A stretch of 64,000 nucleotides of DNA from an uncultured Bacteroidota bacterium (lineage in GTDB: Bacteria > Bacteroidota > Bacteroidia > Flavobacteriales > Flavobacteriaceae): NCBI GenBank assembly GCA_902619855.1, contig CACNGE010000004.1, positions 4,032 through 68,031 of the forward strand, written 5' to 3'. This document shows, one piece after another, positions 58,976-64,000 of this stretch. The translations under genes and the position numbers were made by a program. How positions within the stretch are numbered: the stretch's first letter is position 1; every line of letters begins with the position of its first letter. A model generated the notes under the pieces. It saw nothing but the letters and a program-made list of their open reading frames with translations, was not told the origin of the DNA and did no database searches.

Positions 58976-59710
58976 CTATACTTTTTTATACACCTCTTCA
59001 AAAGGAATCCGAAATCGCTTACCATAGACCCCTTTAGGATCTCGTATCCCACAGCCAATCACCATATTGATTTCTGCTTTGCAACCAATCCCCAATGCAC
59101 GTTTGACACGTAAACTGTCATGCCCTTCCATTGGGCAAGTGTCATATCCAATTGCAGCCATGGCATTCATAAAGTTTTGCGCAGCTAGACCAGCACTCTT
59201 TTGCGCTACAACTCTTAAATCACTTCTTCGATTTTGTCGATACATGGGTCGGAACAACCCAACGATCTGCGCGAAAAGATAAACAACCCATCCCTTCAAT
59301 CCAAAAAAAGTGCTGTACAATGTTGGTACTAACTTGCTGTAATAGTTCAGCACCATTTTTTTTTGAGAAGGATGAAAAGCATTGGACGCTTGAAATGCAT
59401 TGGACAAATAGGTATAATTGGCTTTTGCACGACTGCGCCAGAGGTCACGTCGCGCGACAACCACAACCAGTTGATTGGCTGTTCTGGCAGCACCTTGGTT
59501 AAAACAAGCCTTGACAATCTCCTTACATTTTTGCTTGTCTGTCACATGATAAAACTCCCAAAGTTGTAAGTTACTACTCGTGGGAGCGAGAGTAGCCTGA
59601 TAGATGCAATCCTTCACTTTTTCATCTTCAAGTGCTTCGTCGGTATATGCACGAACAGATCGCCGATATGCAATTGCCTCTCGTACAGTTTTTTCTTTTA
59701 TCCCAGCCAA
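58976..59710 (-). CDS. Nitroreductase family protein
   Basis: 244 aa with RRSVRAY and APTSSNLQ motifs. The TTG start overlaps the upstream ALDH stop by 13 nt. Confidence 0.75.
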   Translation of the reverse strand: MAGIKEKTVREAIAYRRSVRAYTDEALEDEKVKDCIYQATLAPTSSNLQLWEFYHVTDKQKCKEIVKACFNQGAARTANQLVVVVARRDLWRSRAKANYTYLSNAFQASNAFHPSQKKMVLNYYSKLVPTLYSTFFGLKGWVVYLFAQIVGLFRPMYRQNRRSDLRVVAQKSAGLAAQNFMNAMAAIGYDTCPMEGHDSLRVKRALGIGCKAEINMVIGCGIRDPKGVYGKRFRIPFEEVYKKV

Positions 59711-61092
59711 TTCACTAATTTTTTTAAGAAACCTATCTTATTTTTATATGGAGCGTACCTATAGGAGGGATCTAACCTACTACTTCGTTTGATGTAAGGC
59801 TTGTTGTGTGTGAATGCATAAAAACTATGTTTTCCATGATAGGCTCCGGTTCCACTTTTTCCAATACCCCCAAATGGAAGGTTTCGATTGGTGAACTGCA
59901 AAAGCGTATCATTGATGATTCCCCCTCCATATGAATAACTACGCATGATGTTTTTGGACCAACTTTTTCGTTCTGAGAATACATAAAGCGATAAAGGCTT
60001 TTCATATTGCTCAATAATGGCTGTAAGATCCGTGTCATTCTCATAGGAGAGTATGGGTAGGATGGGACCAAAAATCTCTTCTTTCATTAGGGGATTGTTG
60101 GTATCAGTAAGCTCAATTAGTGTTGGTTGTATGTAGCGCTTTTTGGGATTCGTGTATCCACCATAATTTATGTTTTGACTTTGTAGGAGGCTTGTCAAAC
60201 GCTCAAAATGACTATCATTTATAATACATCCATAATCTTCTGAATGAGATTGATCTGCGCCATAACTCTCTTGAATCGCTTCGATCATCGCCTTCACTAA
60301 TGCATCTTTTATAGAAGTATGAGCAAGTATATAGTCAGGCGCAATACAGGTCTGCCCACAGTTCAAAAATTTACCAAAAACGATACGCCTTGCAGCAACT
60401 TTGATTTTTGCAGAGTTGTCAACAATGCAAGGATTTTTACCTCCAAGTTCAAGCAAGGTCGGGGTGAGATGTTTAGCTGCCGCTGCAGCCACAATTTTGG
60501 CAACTTGAACACCACCAGTGTACATGATAAAATCCCATCTTTCTGCAAGAAGAGATTTACCCACTTCAGGACCACCCTGAACTACTGTTACCCACTCAGG
60601 TGGGAAAGCCAATTTGATGATGTTTTCAACACAATCAGCAGTATGAGGTGCCAATTCGGAGGGTTTAACAACAACGGTATTGCCAGCAGCAATTGCGCCG
60701 ATTAATGGGGTAAATACAAGTTGAAATGGATAATTCCAAGGACTAATATGCAACATCACGCCATAGGGTTCGGGTATAATGTAGTCTTTTGAGGGCCAAT
60801 TCAGTAGAGAACTTTTGACGCGCTTGGGCTGTGCCAGTTGTGTGAGGTGACGAAGGAAATAATCGATTTCTGTAAGAACTAGCCCAACCTCTGACAGAAA
60901 GGTTTCACTGATTGATTTTCCCAAATCTATGAATAATGCTTGGTTGATTGCAGCTTCCTCAGATTTGATGACCTCTTTGAGTTTTTTCAACAATTGTGTG
61001 CGAGATTTTATCGATCGTGTCTCTCCCTTGTCAAAAAACAATCGTTGCGATTGAATCACTGAATATTTTGAGTCTATATTTTCAACTTTCAT
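59698..61092 (-). CDS. NAD(P)-dependent aldehyde dehydrogenase (ALDH3-like)
   Basis: 464 aa with LELGGKNP and catalytic Cys in GQTCIAPDY, plus EEIFGPILP. Confidence 0.88.
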   Translation of the reverse strand: MKVENIDSKYSVIQSQRLFFDKGETRSIKSRTQLLKKLKEVIKSEEAAINQALFIDLGKSISETFLSEVGLVLTEIDYFLRHLTQLAQPKRVKSSLLNWPSKDYIIPEPYGVMLHISPWNYPFQLVFTPLIGAIAAGNTVVVKPSELAPHTADCVENIIKLAFPPEWVTVVQGGPEVGKSLLAERWDFIMYTGGVQVAKIVAAAAAKHLTPTLLELGGKNPCIVDNSAKIKVAARRIVFGKFLNCGQTCIAPDYILAHTSIKDALVKAMIEAIQESYGADQSHSEDYGCIINDSHFERLTSLLQSQNINYGGYTNPKKRYIQPTLIELTDTNNPLMKEEIFGPILPILSYENDTDLTAIIEQYEKPLSLYVFSERKSWSKNIMRSYSYGGGIINDTLLQFTNRNLPFGGIGKSGTGAYHGKHSFYAFTHNKPYIKRSSRLDPSYRYAPYKNKIGFLKKLVNWLG

Positions 61093-61261
61093 AGACTACA
61101 ATGTTACAAAAATTAACATGGTCTTATATTTTAAGAAAAATAAAAAGTTTTTATTTGTGAAATCTTGAATTTACTGCATCTTTGAAGTTTGAAAATAAAA
61201 CAATTGTTAGGCATCGTTAATAATTTAAATTAACATATTGATAATCAATAATTTAAAACTA

Positions 61262-61269
61262 TAATTTTG
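61262..61269 (+). promoter_or_regulatory. Candidate Bacteroidota -7 promoter box (TAnnTTTG) upstream of ilvD
   Basis: TAATTTTG at 61262-61269 in a 250-nt AT-rich intergenic region, ~76-85 nt upstream of the ilvD start. Confidence 0.25.
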
Positions 61270-61344
61270 AATTTAGACATCAGAGGTGTTTTTTTTACAT
61301 CATTATTCCCGACTTATCATTAAATAGTTTTGATCTGAATTCTT

Positions 61345-63027
61345 TTGCAAAAGGTGAACAAATACAGTAAAACAGTAACGCAAGACCCAACCCAACCAGC
61401 TGCTCAAGCAATGCTCCACGCCATTGGTTTGACAGATGATGATTTGCAAAAACCCTTGGTTGGTATTGCCTCAACTGGCTACGAGGGCAACCCTTGCAAT
61501 ATGCATTTGAATGACTTGTCTTTGCATGTTAAAGAAGGTGCAGCACAAGCTGATCTTGTTGGTCTAATCTTCAATACAATTGGGGTAAGTGATGGGATTT
61601 CGATGGGTACGCCTGGTATGCGCTTTTCCCTTCCCTCGAGAGATTTAATTGCTGATTCTATGGAAACAGTGATGGGAGCAATGTCATATGATGCGATGGT
61701 TACTGTTGTGGGTTGTGACAAAAATATTCCAGGTGCCCTTATGGCTATGTTACGCCTCAATCGACCATCTGTTTTGCTGTATGGTGGCACGATTGCAGCT
61801 GGCTGTCTCAACGACCAAAAACTCGACATCGTTTCTGCTTTTGAGGCTTGGGGTCAAAAAGTGGCAGGATCTATCGGCGAAAAAGAATTTAAAGCAGTGG
61901 TTCAAAATGCTTGTCCAGGTGCTGGTGCTTGTGGGGGTATGTACACTGCCAATACCATGGCTTCGTCAATCGAGGCCTTAGGGATGTCGTTGCCATACTG
62001 TTCGTCAAATCCAGCAGTTGGGGAAGCCAAAGAAAAAGATGCACTAAATGCAGGTAAAGCACTTCAACTTCTATTGCAAAAAGATATTAAACCCAAAGAC
62101 ATTGTAACCAAAAAATCTCTTGAGAATGCGCTTCGCCTTATTACAGTTCTTGGAGGTTCAACCAATGCAGTATTGCACTATCTCGCCATTGCAAAAACAG
62201 CAAATATCGATTTGACAATCGATGACTTTCAACGCATCAGCGATTGCACACCATTTTTGGCAGATTTAAAGCCCAGTGGAAAGTTTTTGATGGAAGATGT
62301 GCATCGTGTTGGGGGTGTTCCAGCTGTGATGAAATACATGCTTGAACAAGGAATGTTGCATGGCGATTGCCTAACAGTAACAGGAAAAACAATTGCTGAA
62401 AATCTTGAAATACTACAACCCCTTAAGGTTGATCAAAAAGTAATTCGACCAGTATCAAACCCAATCAAATCCACTGGCCACATCAGAATCCTTAAAGGCA
62501 ACCTTGCAGAAGAGGGTTCTGTTGCAAAAATTACAGGAAAGGAAGGCCTTGTTTTTAGTGGACCTGCACGAGTGTTTGAAGGAGAGTTTGATGCCAATGA
62601 TGGCATTCGCTCTGGCCAAGTTCAAAAAGGGGAAGTTGTCGTTATACGTTATGAAGGACCCAAAGGAGGCCCTGGCATGCCTGAGATGCTCAAGCCAACA
62701 GCTGCGATTATGGGCGCTGGGTTGGGCAATGATGTTGCACTGATCACTGATGGTAGGTTCTCGGGTGGTACACATGGATTTGTAGTCGGACACATCACCC
62801 CCGAAGCACAAATTGGAGGTGCCCTTGCACTTGTCCATGATGGCGATATGATTACCATTAACGCAGAAGATAATACAATTGTCCTCGGCGTTGATGATAA
62901 AGAATTAGAACGACGAAAAGCGAAATGGAAATCACCTAAACTCAAAGTATCAAGTGGTGTTCTTTACAAATATGCAAAAGCAGTTTCATCTGCCTCTGAT
63001 GGCTGTGTAACAGACGAAAATTTATGA
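61345..63027 (+). CDS. ilvD: Dihydroxy-acid dehydratase
   Basis: 560 aa with [14 protein letters not shown] and CDKNIPG motifs. TTG at 61345 or GTG at 61354 as start. Confidence 0.93.
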   Translation: MQKVNKYSKTVTQDPTQPAAQAMLHAIGLTDDDLQKPLVGIASTGYEGNPCNMHLNDLSLHVKEGAAQADLVGLIFNTIGVSDGISMGTPGMRFSLPSRDLIADSMETVMGAMSYDAMVTVVGCDKNIPGALMAMLRLNRPSVLLYGGTIAAGCLNDQKLDIVSAFEAWGQKVAGSIGEKEFKAVVQNACPGAGACGGMYTANTMASSIEALGMSLPYCSSNPAVGEAKEKDALNAGKALQLLLQKDIKPKDIVTKKSLENALRLITVLGGSTNAVLHYLAIAKTANIDLTIDDFQRISDCTPFLADLKPSGKFLMEDVHRVGGVPAVMKYMLEQGMLHGDCLTVTGKTIAENLEILQPLKVDQKVIRPVSNPIKSTGHIRILKGNLAEEGSVAKITGKEGLVFSGPARVFEGEFDANDGIRSGQVQKGEVVVIRYEGPKGGPGMPEMLKPTAAIMGAGLGNDVALITDGRFSGGTHGFVVGHITPEAQIGGALALVHDGDMITINAEDNTIVLGVDDKELERRKAKWKSPKLKVSSGVLYKYAKAVSSASDGCVTDENL

Positions 63028-64000
63028 GCACCAAACCAACATTAGACGACCCAAAAGGTCCAATCACAGGAGCAGAAGCAATTGTTCGCAGTATTGCTGC
63101 TGAGGGTGCTGATTTGATTTATGGATATCCAGGTGGTGCGATTATGCCTGTCTATGATGAGCTTTATAAATTTCAAGATCATATCAATCATATCTTAGTT
63201 CGCCATGAGCAAGGAGCTGCGCACGCTGCGCAAGGTTTTGCCAGGGTTTCAGGTAAAGTTGGTGTTTGCATCGCTACATCGGGTCCAGGCGCAACCAACT
63301 TGGTTACCGGCATTGCCGATGCGATGATCGACTCTACACCTATTGTTTGTATCACTGGTCAGGTGCCTTCACATCTATTGGGTTCAGATGCTTTTCAAGA
63401 AACAGACATAATTGGTATCTCAACCCCAGTGACCAAATGGAGCTATCAAATTACTAGGGTAGAAGAAATACCAGAAATCATTGCAAAGGCATTTTATATT
63501 TCTCGATCAGGTCGCCCAGGACCAGTGTTGATTGATATCACCAAAGACGCACAGTTTGCAAGTGCTGATTTTTCCTATCAACCTTGCACTCGCATACGAA
63601 GCTACAAGCCAGTTCCTCAAACAGCTGAGACTGATTTGGTGCAGGCAGCCGAGCTGATCAATCAAGCCAAAAACCCCATGATTGTTTGGGGGCAGGGTGT
63701 GATTTTGGGTGAGGCAGAAGAAGAGTTTCGCGCATTTGTAGAAAAAACAGGTGTCCCCTCAGCATGGACAATCTTAGGGGTGTCTGCCATAGAAACTGCC
63801 CATCCACTGAACGTAGGTATGGTTGGGATGCATGGGAATTATGGACCAAATCTACTCACTAATGAATGTGATGTATTGATCGCAATAGGCATGCGCTTTG
63901 ATGATCGTGTTACAGGAGATTTGTCAACCTATGCTAAACAAGCCAAAATTATTCATTTTGAAATTGACCCTGCAGAAGTCAATAAAAATGTTGAGGTCGA
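63024..64000 (+). CDS. ilvB: Acetolactate synthase large (catalytic) subunit, N-terminal part; the gene runs off the right edge of the window
   Basis: Absent from the ORF track because it is truncated. ATG at 63024 overlaps the ilvD TGA (ATGA). Hand translation gives [47 protein letters not shown]...[40 protein letters not shown], a TPP-enzyme N-domain signature. Confidence 0.88.
   Translation, partial: MSTKPTLDDPKGPITGAEAIVRSIAAEGADLIYGYPGGAIMPVYDELYKFQDHINHILVRHEQGAAHAAQGFARVSGKVGVCIATSGPGATNLVTGIADAMIDSTPIVCITGQVPSHLLGSDAFQETDIIGISTPVTKWSYQITRVEEIPEIIAKAFYISRSGRPGPVLIDITKDAQFASADFSYQPCTRIRSYKPVPQTAETDLVQAAELINQAKNPMIVWGQGVILGEAEEEFRAFVEKTGVPSAWTILGVSAIETAHPLNVGMVGMHGNYGPNLLTNECDVLIAIGMRFDDRVTGDLSTYAKQAKIIHFEIDPAEVNKNVEV

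Noticed and set aside
61289-61296. T8 run in the ilvD upstream region that could mark a leader-peptide attenuator.
   Set aside because: No GC-rich hairpin precedes the T-run, and I found no short ORF enriched in Ile/Val/Leu codons. Only a promoter-like TAATTTTG box is reported.

Overview
This 64-kb chromosomal window comes from a Bacteroidota genome, probably Flavobacteriia-like. Supporting signs are T9SS C-terminal sorting domains, bshA, TAnnTTTG-type promoter boxes, SPOR-amidase and CarboxypepD_reg-type TonB-dependent receptors. Most hand-counted 60-nt lines are about 40-45% G+C. I support about 56 protein-coding genes, nearly all tightly packed housekeeping or envelope genes:
- Translation and RNA modification: rsmE, tsaD, mnmE, ychF.
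- Central metabolism: pfkA, gap, serA, serC, ilvD, ilvB, folE, msrA, bcp.
- Envelope biogenesis: TamB-like, LptD-like, MlaD, SPOR-amidase, GH3/beta-lactamase fusion, and a YfhO + GT4 + flippase cluster.
- DNA repair: nth and uvrA.

I found no rRNA, tRNA, CRISPR array, transposase or integrase.

Main points of interest:
1. A sharply AT-rich 3.4-kb cassette at 50594-54010 holds a TonB-dependent receptor, a His/Asp-rich lipoprotein and a small His/Cys secreted protein. It looks like a horizontally acquired metal-capture module of undescribed mechanism.
2. In a tightly coupled DUF1800/DUF1501 pair, DUF1501 carries both a twin-arginine signal and a T9SS C-terminal sorting domain, while DUF1800 has no signal peptide.
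3. uvrA is split by a single-base frameshift in an A-run.
4. An endonuclease III lacks three of the four Fe-S cluster cysteines, and a dihydroorotase-like protein lacks the HxH metal ligands.
5. A HAD phosphatase gene sits between the two halves of an HdrD-like Fe-S oxidoreductase.
6. A 740-bp poorly coding gap at 45235-45972 contains a promoter-like box and a possibly frameshifted small lipoprotein gene.

All functional calls rest on motif recognition in the supplied translations and on my own hand translations. No database search was run.
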